A stretch of 64,000 nucleotides of DNA from Octopus sinensis. Its lineage: Eukaryota. Shown piece after piece: positions 25,294-40,649 of the stretch (the first letter of the stretch is position 1; each line of letters starts with the position of its first letter). The DNA is taken from the NCBI RefSeq assembly GCF_006345805.1, contig NC_043018.1, positions 1,178,001-1,242,000 on the forward strand. Reading direction: 5' to 3'. Position numbers and translations under genes: made by a program. The notes beneath the pieces are model-generated. The model was not told the DNA's origin, searched no databases, and saw only the letters and a list, made by a program, of their open reading frames with translations.

Positions 25294-26876
25294 TATTATC
25301 TAACTTTACAATTCGAACACTTGGTTAATGTCTTCCTGCGTTCGATCCTTGCCTGGCGGGGAAAAAAACCGAGAATAATCATGGCAGAAATGACTTTGAC
25401 GATAAGGATTCTTGATCACACCTGTCCTAGGGCTAAAAAACTGCAACAACAAGAACAACAACAGCATAAAGGTTTGTGTTCCAAACCTCCCTCTGTGCTT
25501 CTCCCCCTATCTTCTCATGGACCTTCTGTACCCCAAAGTTAACTGTATCATCACCGTTAACATCCCCATATCAACAGTGCCACACCTATCCCTAATGCCT
25601 CGTTCGGCACTCTTCTCTCTCTCTCTCTCTCTCACTCTCTTCATTTATCTATCTATATTTCAGTCCCTCTCTCTCTCGCTCTCGCTCTTTCTACCCTCTC
25701 ACCCTCCTCTATCCTAATGCATACATACATATACACACACATATGCTCTCCCACCACTTTTACGATGACCATCTTTGCTCTTTCCTAATCTTGCTCCGCC
25801 AGCTTTTCTTGCACATAGGCAAGTTTCTGCACTGGTAAACACTACGGCTGGCTGATTGCAAAGTTTTCTATATGTAATAGTGTTCCAGTGTTATGATCTC
25901 AACTACATTCTGCTATTATGAATGTAGGCCCAGCACAATTGTTATGCATATAGAAGCAATTTATCATGAACGCATCATGCATATGTGCGCACTCAGATTA
26001 TTCTATGTGCAACGGCATTTTCGTGTTGAGAAAATTTTGGTTCAATTGCGTCGTGTTTGAAATAGCGGAGGCGGTGACAGTGATGTGTGTGTATGTGTAT
26101 GCGTTTGTGTGTATGTGAGCGTATGTGTGTGTGTGTGTGTGTGTGTGCATATGTTGTACGCGCGTTTGTGCAGTAATGTTGCGTGTGGAGGTGTTCGTGG
26201 TGAGCGAGGAAGTTAACAAGAATCAAACAACGGATTGCCTCTTGAACTTTGGTGTGGTGTTGGCATGTATGTTGGGCGATCGGGTATATAAGGAGGATCG
26301 GGTACGGGTATGTGCGTGGAGGTATGTTTTTATTATCTTAATTCTTCGATGCAATAGGATGATGGCTGTTCTGGAGAAAGTAATTTACAGCATCATTTGA
26401 ATAATGGCTCAGGCAGCGTGTGGGTTTTGGGGTTGGTGAATGTAGAGGTAATATCGGGTGTGGAGTGTTGGGGCGAATTAATATTGATTGCTGTTGGTGT
26501 TGGTGTTCTTGTCGGTGGGATGGTGGGGTTTTGTTATTTTGGGTTTTGGTGTGGGCTTGGCTGACACTGTGCGTATAAGTACTGTTACGTTAAAAATATG
26601 CTACGGTACGCTAGATTACGGAACCGAAACTCGCATTCATATAACAGAATAGAAAAAGAGAAGCAAAAAAATGAGGCATATGCAAAGTGACATTTACACA
26701 GAAGGAGGGAGAGAAGGAGTGTGTGTGTGTGACGGTGAGTGTGTGTGTGTGTGAGTGTGTGTCTGTGTGTGTGTGGGACAGAGAGAGGGAGAGGGAGAGA
26801 GAGGAGCAGAGAGATTCCTATATAAATATAGAGACAGGGGTGGTACGATAAACAGAGAGAGAAAAAATCAAGTGTG

Positions 26877-26920
<44 letters not shown>

Positions 26921-26980
26921 GTATGTATATGTATGTAGTATGTATGTATGTATGGTGATGTTGTATGTATGTTATTTGTA

Positions 26981-27013
<33 letters not shown>

Positions 27014-27115
27014 ATATATATATATATACGCATGGCATACATATATATATATGATATATATATATATATATATATAATATATATATCTATATATATATAT
27101 GTATATATATATATA

Positions 27116-27194
<79 letters not shown>

Positions 27195-27840
27195 TATATA
27201 TATAATATATATATATATATAGTATAAGTATGTATGTAAGCTTCTATGTATGTATGTATATTTGTGTGGTGAAACAGAGAGAGGAAGAGAACGATGAATG
27301 CATATTTATATACTTAGAACTGTATATTGCATATAAGCTTTGCATACTTACATATGTATGTGAGTAAATGCGTATCTACATATCTAAATACGCATACAGA
27401 CACCTAGACACCCATGGACACACACATACACATATATATATGTATATATATAAATATATGCAAAAACCTAGAAAAAGGTTGAAAACACGTTTTGGGTAAT
27501 GATGTGGAAGAGAGGATATTGTCAGAAACCTAAATGGTGCTACATCAAATGTACTACGAAGAATATTGCAAATATATAAATAATAACTAATAAATATAAA
27601 TGGAAAACTTTTCCCCCAAAATTTAAACCGACGGGAATAAATAGCTCTTTCCACCAAATTCTTCCTTCATGTTGAAAAAAAATAGCCTATTCTATAATGA
27701 AATAGAAATTCTAGAAACTGACGAGATAAGAAATTGTTGGACTAACGAAAAGGCGAACGGAGAATCAACATTATTATATACATAACCAGACATTAGTACA
27801 TAGATATATAAACATTAGTGTGTGTGTTTGTGTGTGTATA

Positions 27841-27971
<131 letters not shown>

Positions 27972-28471
27972 TGTATATATATATATTAGTACATAGATAT
28001 ATAAACATTAGTGTGTGTGTTTGTGTATATATATATATTATATATATATATATTATATATATATATTATAGAACATGAATACTTGTATGTAGGTGTATGT
28101 ATGTATTGATGCGTGTTTATATACATATATGTGTGTGTGTGGATATATGCATGTATTCACGACATACGAAACCTGAAATTGTATGCAAATATAAATCTAA
28201 TAGTATGCTGTAGAATTTCGTTAGAGGAAAAGATAAAACTCAATTATTTCAGAAAGATTGCAATGAAAATATAACGAGCTCCGTCTAGAGAAAAAAAAAT
28301 TACCAAATATGGAGAAAAAAAGCGGACAAGCCCGTACAAGTAGACATACCTAAATTTATGTAAACACAGATCACACACACGCGCGCACTCACACACAAAC
28401 AAATACACACACACACACACAAACGCACACACTCACAAAATCACATACATTCATATTAAGAAATTCAAATG

Positions 28472-28529
<58 letters not shown>

Positions 28530-29123
28530 ACAAATATACTTTTATCACCTAGTGTGTGTATATAATGCGTACATACGTAAATGCTGCCGGAAATGATTCT
28601 TGAAACTTTATATACAAACTAAAGTCGTTAACCATATGGTACATACATGTATATATATATATATTATTATATATATAATATATATATATATATAATACAT
28701 ATATATATATGGGCGAGAGCAGGGAACGACATATGTATCTATATATACCGTACTTGACTCTACTTCTCAGCACCACCATTTTCACAGGCACCAATCATCC
28801 GGACTTCCATCCTCATCGTGAACAGGTATTAATCTTCTCTCTTGACATTTTTGCCCCACATGGGCTCAACTTCCCCTTCTCTTCATCCGACACCTACATT
28901 CTCCCTTCACTCCTACCTACCTCCTCTCGTCATTGATACCACCTAACACCACCCCTAACCCACCTCCACCCCATACAACACCACCACACCCCCGCCCAAA
29001 TTTCACGCACCCTCCAGCACCATATAAATATATAAATATGAAGAAGTAGATAAAGAGATCAATTCCTTTTATTACAGAATTTGACTATTGTTTCATCGAC
29101 ATATTATTAGAAACGCATTGCTA

Positions 29124-29154
<31 letters not shown>

Positions 29155-29160
29155 TTTATT

Positions 29161-29336
29161 ATTCAGTAGTTTTATTTTTACAGCGTGCTTTCACTTCACT
29201 ACCGAGCGCAGCTCTGTGTGCCTTGGGTATGTGCTGTGATTTGTTGTGATGCTCTGATGGTTATTGTATGGAATGTGTTCTGCGTAGGATGTGTGCAGTG
29301 CCTAGTAGTCCTGGTGTTTTTGTTATGTATTTGTCC
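29161..29336 (-). mobile_element. 3' end fragment of the R4/Dong-like element inside a (TAT)n tract
   Basis: Reverse complement matches about 33750-33946 with one internal deletion; (TAT)n on both sides. Confidence 0.9.
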
Positions 29337-29355
29337 ATTATTATTATTATTATTA

Positions 29356-29387
<32 letters not shown>

Positions 29388-29407
29388 TGTTATTATTATG
29401 TGTATTC

Positions 29408-29438
<31 letters not shown>

Positions 29439-29448
29439 GTTATTATTA

Positions 29449-29507
<59 letters not shown>

Positions 29508-29941
29508 ATTTTTATTATTATTATTATTATTATCATTATTATTATTATTATTACTATATATGTAACACTACATGGTATCGCTATTATCATACTAATAACT
29601 CAAACATATCGACTCATTACGTTCATGTATAAAATCAGTTTGCTCCATGGACTTGTGTTTTAAAATATCTATAACTTTGGTTATTGTCACTCTCACACTT
29701 CACGCTCAATGATGCATCCTATATTGTATAGCCTATCATTAAAGATATCGCGAAGAAAGATTTGTTGGCTTACACGACGAATATCATGAATCAGCACCTT
29801 GAAAGAGGTGGATGTATAGTATAAGAGAAATATATGACAAGTGAAATTCGAACAATGACAATCCGCGGATGATCTCTACTAATCTTGCTGATATTAAATA
29901 CACTTTGAGCTATCACAAAAAAAACAGCAACAACAAGAAAG

Positions 29942-29985
<44 letters not shown>

Positions 29986-29986
<1 letters not shown>

Positions 29987-32900
29987 GAGAAGACACCGGG
30001 GACGTTTAAGATGTAAGAAGGAAAATACAGAACTCCGAAATCTATCCACAAACATCGAAAACAGGACACCCTATGGAGCCAAAGATTTACTAACAAAGAA
30101 TTGGACTATATCCGAGTAAGTAATACGAATTGAAATTTATTACTATTTTCGAAACGAAATGATGTATTTTGACTCGATATTATCTCCACCTCTAACACAA
30201 ACACATGTAAACATGCGTGGAACAACACGATCATCCCCGACCTCAAACACCATGTACAAGGGAACTACGAAGAAATTAAATGCCACCGATACTATTCAAC
30301 CCAAGATAAAACAATCGAGCGGTACGTACATTAAACCTACAACAAAAAAGTACGAAAAACTACACGTGCGAAATAATGTGACAACAGAAATAACGGACCG
30401 GTACCCTACAAAATGACGACCGTCAAAATATGGGCCGACGTTGTACCTCATGTCCCGCGATTAAAACCCCAAAAGACGTAAATGGACACGTGAGGAATAC
30501 ATTTCTATCTTACAACGCATACTTCACAGCAATGCTCTACCCACAAAATGAAAATACAACAACACATACATATAAAATATGGAAGGAAAATAATAGAGAT
30601 ATAGACTTGGATACAGCATGAACCCTAATAATTAGCTAACGTACGAAGATACATTCTCAAAGCCAAAAAATATCAGAAATAGAAATAGAACATTTAAAAG
30701 AAAAAATACACCAGGAAAATGTAGATAGAAGCCACCACAACATGCCCAATAATATAAACACTCGAAACTGTAAAACACGAAGACAACGCAACATTCCAAC
30801 AAACACGATGTAAACAACGAAGGGGAGCCTAATGATTATGATAATATAAAAAATAAAATAATCAAAGAACTAAAAACCACAGAGCTCAAAATGGACCACC
30901 GACCATACCTCCCAAGAATAAAAATAAACGCAATAACAACACCAATTATAACCAATAAACAACATAACCTAGCCGTCACTGAACTAGCCACTGAACAAAA
31001 AACGTGATATCACTGAACTAAATGACTTGATATACGCAGCAGCCACTGCAGCACAAAAGAAGCTGGATACTCACCCAAACCCGCCAAACAGGAGTACCAC
31101 CACCCAAACAAACCCTGTGGATGAATAACATCCAAAACAAAAAAAAAAAATTAGAAAAGACCTGTCGATTCTTAATGAAATCAGCAAAGAAGCAACGCTA
31201 CTGAGCAACAAAAAGAGAACAAAAATGCTCCACAAATATAACATCACAGAAAAAGATTTGCCGGAGATAAAAGAAAAGCTGAACCAAGATATCCTTGCCA
31301 AAGCTCAAAGCATCCGCCGGTACGAGAAACGCCAACGCTTCTTTGAACAGAACAAAAAGTTCAACTCCGACCCCAAAAGTTCTACCAAGAACTGGGCAAA
31401 AATAAAATAGAAGTCACTGCAGCACCAACGGCAGAAGAATTGGAAGAATTCTGGAAAGAAATATGGCCGGCGAACGAACAGCCAAAAAAAGGAGTATGAA
31501 AATAACAACTCGGCATCTGAACAACTTTGGATCCCCATAACAACTGAAGAGGTCACCCAGGCACTGCAAAAACTAAGCAACTGGAAGGCACCTGGGCATG
31601 ACAAGATCCCCAACTTCTGGTTGAAATATCTAACAGGAATGCACAAAAAGCTGGCTGAAAAATTTAACAGCATACTAGCAGAGCCAGAGACAATGCCTGA
31701 ATGACTCACGAAGGGAAAACCATCTAATTCCCAAATCAATGAAACAACAAAACCAGAAAACTACAATACAGACCAATAACCTGCTCTCCCTACTATGTTC
31801 AAGGCATTTACTGCAGTGATATCGCAAAGGCTGAACAAGCACCTGGACGAAAACAAACTGTTCCCAGAAGAGCAGAAAGGATGCTGCAAGGGCTCATATG
31901 GCTGTAAAGATCAACTAATGATTAATAAAGCCGTAACTGAAGACAGCCACAGAAAGAAGAAAGGCCTCAGTATGGCCTGGATTGACTACAAAAAGGCGTT
32001 TGATAGCATCCCCTACACATGGATCCTCGAAACACTAGCCATTAACAAGTAGCACCAACAATCATAAAATTCATAGAGCACTCTATGAATAAATGGCAAA
32101 CAGTCCTACACCTCCAAACAAAAGAGGGACTCATGAAAACCAAAGACATCCCCATTAGAAGAGGAATATTCCAGGGAGACACACTCTCTCCACTCCTTTT
32201 TCTGCTTGGCACTGTCACCTCTATCTGATATGCTAAATAGAACTGGATGCGGATATAAATGTTACGGCAAAACGATCAGCCACCTTTTATATATGGATGA
32301 CCTAAAACTATACGCTGCAAATGACAAACAGCTGGAAACACTATTAAAGACAGTTCATGGATTTACCAAAGAAATAGATATGAAATTTGGATTAGAAAAA
32401 TGCGCCAAAGTAACCATGAAAAGAGGAAAACTAGTTAAGAGTAACAACATCACACTAGATAAAACCAATGAAATAAAAGAATTAGACCAAAGCCAAACTT
32501 ACAAATACTTAGGAATCCATGAACTAGATAAGACACAACACACACAAATGAAAGAGAAAGTAAAAAAAGAATATTATAGACGAGTTAGATCAATACTAAA
32601 AACAGAGCTCAATGCTAAAAACAAGATAATAGGTATCAACACTTTAGCTGTCCCAGTTATAAGTTACAGCTACAATATCCTTAACTGGACACGAAATGAA
32701 CTGTCCAAAATAGATAGGAAAACAAGAAAAATACTGACAGGATCTAGGATGCATCACCCAAAATCTGACATAGAAAGACTATATATACAACGTATAGAAG
32801 GTGGTAGAGGCCTTATACAGCTGGAAAACTACTATAAAATAAACACCATAGGACCGCAAAAATACCTACTTCAGAAGGAAGGAAAACTGATCCAGATAGC

Positions 32901-33946
32901 AGCAAAACACGAGCAAAACAAAAAACTGTTCTCAGTATTTAAGGAAGCTGACAAATACAAACAAGAAATCATACCACCTAATAAACACAAAGAAGAAGAA
33001 GATGATGAAGAAACAACAAAAGCTATAACACAAATGAAATCCAAACTAAAAATAGAACAGCAACGAGCCATGATAAAACGATGGCAAGAAAAGCCCCTTC
33101 ATGGTAAATACTGCACTAAACTAAACGCAAAAGAAATAGACAAAGAAAAATCCCAGCAATGGTTGAGAAGCTCAGGACTCAAAGCAGAAACAGAGGGTTT
33201 TTAATTGCAGCACAACACCAAAGCCTCCCCACCAGAAATTACCAAAAACATGTAATGAAAAGAAAATATTACAAGTAACTGCAGAATATGTGGAGATGGA
33301 CAAGAAACAATAAATCATATTATCTCTAGCTGCCCAGTCCTGGCTAAGAAGGAATATATCACAGACATGACAGAGTTGGAACCTACTACATTGGAAGCTA
33401 TGCCAACATTATGGAATAACACAGAAAAATGATGGTATAGGCACACACCAGAAAAGGTCACAGAAAACGAGAAAGCAACCATACTCTGGGATATGCCGAT
33501 ACACACAGATAGAGAAATTAAGGCCAACGGACCAGATATAGTTGTCAGAGATCATGAAGAAAAAAAATGCTTTCTAATTGATGTATCAATACCGGCTGAT
33601 GACAACGTGTCTCTAAAAAGAATGGAGAAACTCTCAAAATACAAAGACCTGAAATAGAGGTAACTAGAATGTGGAACCTGAAAACAGAAACAATTCCTAT
33701 CATAGTAGGTGCATTAGGCATCATAAAAAAATATTCAGACAAAAACATAACAAAAACACCAGGACTTACAAACACATATAACATACAGAAAATTGCACTA
33801 TTAGGCACTGCACACATCCTACGCAGAACACTTTCCATACAATAACCATCAGAGCATCAAAACAAATCACAGCACATACCCAAGGCACACAGAGCTGCGA
33901 TCGGTAGTGAAGTGAAAGCACGCTATAAAAATAAAACTACTGAATA
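29986..33946 (+). mobile_element. Near full-length, inactivated R4/Dong-clade non-LTR retrotransposon (RT + CCHC + restriction-like endonuclease)
   Basis: RT motifs EEQKG, WIDYKKAFDSI, RRGIFQGDTLSPLLF, YMDDLKLY, KFGLEKC and YKYLG; CCHC CRICGDGQETINHIISSC; RHDRV; REL segment GPDIVVRDHEEKKCFLIDVSIP..KLSKYKDL. Many stops and frameshifts. (AAT)n at both ends. Confidence 0.92.
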
Positions 33947-34376
<430 letters not shown>

Positions 34377-35187
34377 CTTTCTACTATAGGTACAATGCCT
34401 GAAATTTTGGGGTGGGCCAGTCGATTTCATTTCCACCATTACCGATTGCCGATTTCCACCGGCAGGATGTGAACTCAGAATGCATAGATGAACGAAATGC
34501 CTTCTAACTTGTGTAGGAGTTTAATCTCTTAGAATAAATAACATTAAGTCTGGTAGTAGTAATAAGAGTAGAGAAACCAAACAAAGAACAGTAAATAAAT
34601 ATAATTGTAGAAACAAATTTGTGTGTCCTCTTGGAAGTAAATGTCTCCGTATAAATATGGCATAGATATGTACTGTCCAGATTGAAGCAACAAATTAGTG
34701 TTTATAGGCCCAAACACTGTTTTTATTTTTCAATAATCGATGATATAACACCGTTGCATAATGCAAAAGTATGCATCAAAGTACAATCTAATATGGAATC
34801 GAAGAAACATACGCTATAGCTAAGTATTTCCAGGTCCGTGATGGAAAAATAATGATCAATATATGGCGAATTCCAAATTATGCAATATTTATTTTTAGAG
34901 GAGACTTTCGCTCTATAACTATCCCCGAAAGATGAATTAATAAGCGCTGAGAGCTTATTATGATGTATCGTTAGAATTATAGAAAATTATTCATGAAAAA
35001 CAGGAGAAAATATAAAATGGAAAAGGAGTAATTAATTTTGTAGCATATAAAATTCCTTTCGGGAAACGTCTGAAAGGCATTTCTATTTAAATATTTGGAA
35101 TATAGCCTGAAATATAAACGGTTAATGTGTTTCAAACAGTTATACCACAGTATAATAATTCGATTTTGGCTACATGTAATAAATGTA

Positions 35188-35577
35188 GGCGCAGGAGTAG
35201 CTGTGTGGTAAGTAGCTTGCTAACCAACCACATGGTTCCGGGTTCAGTCCCACTACGTGGCATCTTGGGCAAGTGTCTTCTGCTATAGCCCCGGGCCGAC
35301 CAATGCCTTGTGAGTAGATTTGGTAGAGGGAAACTGAAAGAAGCCTGTCGTATATATGTATATATATATATGCATGTGTGTGTTTGTGTGTCTCTATTAT
35401 AACCGATGCTGGTGTGTTTACGTCACTTAGCGGTTCGGCAAAAGACACCGATAGAATAAGTACTGGGCTTACAAAAAGAATAAGTCCCGGGGTCGAGCTG
35501 CTCGACTAAAGGCGGTGCTCCAGCATGGCCGCAGTCAAATGACTGAAACAAGTAAAAGAGTAGAAGAGTAAAGAGTA
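35188..35577 (+). mobile_element. SINE family B (tRNA head, CORE-like centre)
   Basis: Head GGCGCAGGAGT.GCTGTGTGG with B-box-like GGGTTCAGTCCC; atcttgggcaagtgtcttc resembles the CORE domain; tail ggcggtgctccagcatggccgcagtcaaatgactgaaacaagtaaaagag. Confidence 0.9.
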
Positions 35578-35690
35578 ACTCCCAATAACTCTGTGTATAT
35601 ACATATCTGTGTGTGTGTGTGCTTGTGTGTTTGTGTGTATGTGTGTGAGTGTATGCATGTGTGCGTCTGTGTATTTATATATGTGTATAT

Positions 35691-36030
35691 GAAGGCACGT
35701 GGCTCAGCGGTTAGAGCGTCGAGCTTACGATCGTAAGGTTGTGAGCTCGAATCCCGGACCGGGCTACGTGTTGTGTTCTTGAGCAAGGCACTTTATTTCA
35801 CGTTGCTCCAGTTCACTCAGCTGTAGAAATGAGTTGCGACGTCACAGGTGCCAAGCTGTATCGGCCCTTGCCTTTCCCTTGGACAACATCGGTGACGTGA
35901 AGAGGGGAGGCCGGTATGCATGGGCGACTACTGGTCTTCCATAAAAGAAAACAACCTTGCCCAGACTTGTGCCTCAGAGAGTAACTCTCTAGGTGCAAAC
36001 CCATGGTCAGTGTCTGACCGAAGGGGGTCA
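35691..36030 (+). mobile_element. tRNA-headed SINE family D
   Basis: TGGCTCAGCGG A-box-like and GCTCGAATCC B-box-like motifs; central ttgtgttcttgagcaaggcactttatttcac is related to family E. Confidence 0.75.
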
Positions 36031-36180
36031 CCACCAATATATGTTTGTGATACATTTAAGTTTGTAGGTTTATATAAACATTCGGGATTGTCTAAAACTG
36101 CGTTTCGGCATGACTGCGTGAATATTTATATGTATATTTGCGTGAAAATGTATGTCTTTGTGTGCATCTATCTCTCTCTG

Positions 36181-36255
<75 letters not shown>

Positions 36256-36259
36256 ATAT

Positions 36260-36299
<40 letters not shown>

Positions 36300-36301
<2 letters not shown>

Positions 36302-36707
36302 CGCAGGAGTGGCTGTGTGGTAAGTAGCTTGCTTACCAACCACATGGTTCCGGGTTCAGTCCCACTGCGTGGCATCTTGGTCCAGTGTCTTCTGCTATAG
36401 CCTCGGGCCGACCAATGCCTTGTGAGTGGAGTTGGTAGACAGAAACTGAAAGAAGCCTATCGTATATATGCAATATATATATATATATGTATGCGTGTGC
36501 ATATGTTTGTGTGTCTCTGTTTGTCCCCCCCCCATCGCTTGACAACCGATGCTGGTGTGTTTATGTCCCCGTCACTTAGCGGTTTGGTAAAAAGAGACCG
36601 ATAGAATAAGTAATGGGCTTACAAAGAATAAGTTCCGGGGTCGATTTGCTCGATTAAAGGTGGTGCTCCAGCATGGCCGCAGTCAAATGACTGAAACAAG
36701 TAAAAGA

Positions 36708-36710
<3 letters not shown>
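36300..36710 (+). mobile_element. SINE family B, full length
   Basis: High identity to 35188-35577; lies between (AT)n tracts. Confidence 0.9.
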
Positions 36711-36743
<33 letters not shown>

Positions 36744-37082
36744 TGGACCCTAATTATAAGTTATTACTTAAGCTTACCATGATATGATTTTTTCATGCCC
36801 AATTCTACTTGTTAAAATTACTGATTACTTCTTAATTAATTCATTTCACCCTTTGCTATTATTGATAATGGAATTTTTCTCCCAGATAACAAAAAAATAC
36901 AGTTTCTCTGTGTAGCATCTTGCTTGGCAACACGCTGGTGGGCGAGGGAGGATGACTTACTCTCATTCGTTTTTTGAATTTGGCGGCACGAGCACGGAAT
37001 AAGATCTCTCTGATACCGTTAGGTAAAGAGATATTTTCAAGTGCCTTCAAATTTAATATGTAATAATTTATAATTGAGAATT

Positions 37083-37175
37083 CCCACGCTGAAGAGCCGA
37101 AAATGGTCGGGTAAGGTATAATTATTTATTATTTATGCTTTATACTGATCTAATTCTGAAACGTACGTCCGTGGG
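37083..37175 (+). ncRNA. Candidate type I hammerhead ribozyme with long stem II
   Basis: CCCACG CTGAAGA [62 nt] GAAA CGTAC GTC CGTGGG: perfect 6-bp stem I, palindromic ACGTACGT stem III and a GUC site. Stem II is only partly paired (GGTATA/TATACT). Confidence 0.5.
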
Positions 37176-37503
37176 TAACCTAATATAGAATGATTTTCGT
37201 CGTTTTTCTCTTTTGCCTGCGTGGTTTACTTTTAAGTGCTTTGGTTTTTCTGGGAACCCCCTTTAAAGTAGAAGGAATAGCTAAGATTATTTGACTGCTA
37301 TTTCTAAACTTCGGTATGTGGTGAAGCAAACCATTGCTGAGCCCTAATTATAAAGTATATATATATATATATATATATAAGATTAATCAGCCGAAATTGC
37401 GAAGATGATCTGGTTCTTGACTGATGACTGAGAACTTCTGTGTGTTCTTTTGTCGTCTTCTAAATGTTTCACGTTCTTGTCCCAGTTTGTGTTTTTTTTT
37501 AAC

Positions 37504-37548
<45 letters not shown>

Positions 37549-37640
37549 ATGGCTGGTTGTCGACAACTTTTTTATGCCCTTAAGGATAATGTTGCACAAT
37601 TTTTATGCTGCTTTAACTACGATACTGCGTTCCAAAATAA

Positions 37641-37837
37641 CTCAAATCGATATACTGATAGTGCATAATACTGCGTTGCCGTTAGCTTATATCTTCCAGT
37701 CAGTACAATTTACCCTCTGTACCGCTCCATTCACCGACGAAATATTTGTGTTACTGATATGCGTCACATGGGCAAAAATAATCGAGACAAGAACTGTGTG
37801 TGATATGACTCGCCAACTAGCACGTCGCACAGCTAAA
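37641..37837 (+). repeat. About 200-bp repeat; inverted copy at 41656-41852
   Basis: ctcaaatcgatatactgatag...gcacgtcgcacagctaaa aligns with the reverse complement of 41656-41852. Confidence 0.85.
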
Positions 37838-37851
37838 TATATATATATGTA

Positions 37852-37936
<85 letters not shown>

Positions 37937-37962
37937 TACATATATAATATATATAATATATA

Positions 37963-38025
<63 letters not shown>

Positions 38026-38582
38026 CGTAAACATGTCTTTTAAAATACGCCAATACATTTATATGCATACGTACACACACACAAACATGCACTTGTATCA
38101 TTCTGGGAATGAACCTAAAGTCAATGATTCTGAAGTGATGTTCTAACTACCCATCCATGTTTGAATACATTTCTCCCCACTTATTTTGTTATATATTCTA
38201 ACATTTATATATAGAAACAAACATGATACGTGATATAATTGTACTTTTAAGTTGTTTAACATTATTGCATAAGGTAATGTTGAGTCGAAATGTATTTTGT
38301 CCATATATTTCCATCTATTGAAATATCAATTCACGTGTCTTCACACACACACACACGCACACACACACACACACACACCACACACGCACAAATAAACACA
38401 CACACACACACATACATACACTCACACACACAACACATGAATATATCTATGCACATATATATAAGTATATATACACATATATATGTGTCTATGTATGCAT
38501 ATACACATATGTGTGTATATGTATGCATATACATAACTATATATACACATATATATGTATTTACATACATTCGTACAAATGC

Positions 38583-38641
<59 letters not shown>

Positions 38642-38646
38642 TTATT

Positions 38647-38692
<46 letters not shown>

Positions 38693-39609
38693 GTGTGTGC
38701 GTGGTGTATGCATACACACAAATAAACAGACACACATAATGCAGAATATGAGTTCTATTTCACATCATCTACCCTATCCATTTTCTCGTCAACTCCGCAG
38801 CATGCTCCACTGTATTTTCGCATTACCTTGGAGATTCACCGTATGACTCTCCGTGGGGCCTACATGCAGATGAATGCACTTTATAGTGTCTAATAATCGT
38901 AATTTCGACCGGAATGCAAATGGCGAATGAAAATATACGCCTACGCTTCTCATTTCCTGTTGTCACACTGCTGAACATTAAAATCTGCACGCCTCTGTAT
39001 TTTCGTATTTTATATGTGTAGCTATATGATTGTCTGAATACATGAATATATCGTTCGTACTAGTCGGCCAGCAACGTGCTTCTATATATAGTTTTATACC
39101 AGCCGATCAAATTCCCTGCAGAATAATTTTGTGTGATACAAAATTTATTACACATATAGTAAAACATATATGCACAAACTCGGATATTAAGTATACGAGA
39201 TATAAGTACTGATCCATAATGCATAGCCCTGCAGAGTTGACCATGGTTATTGAAGATTTTTCTATGCATTATGGAGTTACCACTGCAAACTCATACTAGC
39301 TTTAACGGGATATGAGATTTTATGGTCGAGATGATACGATATCGATATAATTCATACTAACCTGAACCAATGTATTATGCGTTATTAAGGGAAGCCAGTT
39401 AGCAATTGTAGACAACTGCCTTGAAAACATAGCCTCGTGTAGAAATGCACCAACAGAGAATAGTGTACCTGTCGGTTCCTCGATGCATAAGAGCCTTTAC
39501 ACCTGTGCTACTGAGAAAAACGCTAACGGTATCAACTTTTTCGTTACGGTCCCCAAAATATTACATATCGGTTATATTACTATATTGATCGAATCCATTG
39601 AACGTTGAC

Positions 39610-40086
39610 TAAAGAAGGAGGAATTTACATAAGCAAGGAAGATATGCCATGATATACATCTGGAAGATCCTAGAAGGACTTGTCCCAAACTTTGGCATCG
39701 AAAGTTACACAAATACTAGAACTGTGTGACACTGCATACTGCCAAGGACTCCAAATTTGCCAGCAAGATGTAGGACAAGATAGTGTGATAGCCTGGGCTT
39801 CAGAGGTCCACAGCTCTTCAATATCCTCCCGAAGGACCTGAGAGACCTGCATGGAGTGGATGCGGATGTCTTTAAAATAAATCTGGACCTCATCCTGTCA
39901 GGTGTCCCAGATGAACCAACTTCACGGCAGGAGGTGCAGATGAGGACAGCTGCATCAAACTCTCTGATGCACGAAATGTCAATTGCTAAAATGCATTCGT
40001 GAAGTAAAATCATGTAGCAACACCGAATGGCGGTGCCCCAGCATGGCCACAACTTGTGAGCTGAAACTAGATGAAATGAAATGAAA
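39610..40086 (+). mobile_element. 3' end of a CR1/L2-group LINE
   Basis: RYAMIYIWKILEGLVPNFGI..SLGFRGPQLFNILPKDLRDL..FKINLDLILSGVPDEP; tail cggtgccccagcatggcc...ctgaaactagatgaaatgaaatgaaa. Confidence 0.8.
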
Positions 40087-40649
40087 AAAAAACATGAAAA
40101 TAGGAACTGGTGACAGTCTAGAAATAGCAGCCAGTTTTCATGAAATCAGTGATTTACAATTTGATTACAAATTTTGGCACATCGCCACCAATCTCAGGAG
40201 AGTGGTTAAGTCTATTACATCGACTCTAGTACACAACTGGTACTTGCTTCATCGATTCCGAAATTATACAAAGGAAATTTGATCACAGCGGAATTTGAAC
40301 ACAGAATGTAAAGACGGAAGAAATGCCGCTAAACATTTTACCCAGCGTGCTAACGATTCAGCCAGCTCGCTGCCATGTTTGAGAATTACATATTAAGAAA
40401 CAGATTGACTGTCTTAGATATTGTATTTCCTGAAATCTTGACACACGGTAGTTGCATCTCTAATTCTGGTAGGCTAAAAAAAAATGGCAGCATCATGGCC
40501 ATCCACTGTTGCTCTATAGTTGTGTTTTCAAAGAATAAAATATTACGAGACGGTGTAAACGCAAAAGAATAACAATAACTGCAAGAATTTGAAAAGAATC
40601 TTTGCATAGCAAAAGGCTTCTGTGTGGTAAGTCGAGAGAAAGAAATACC

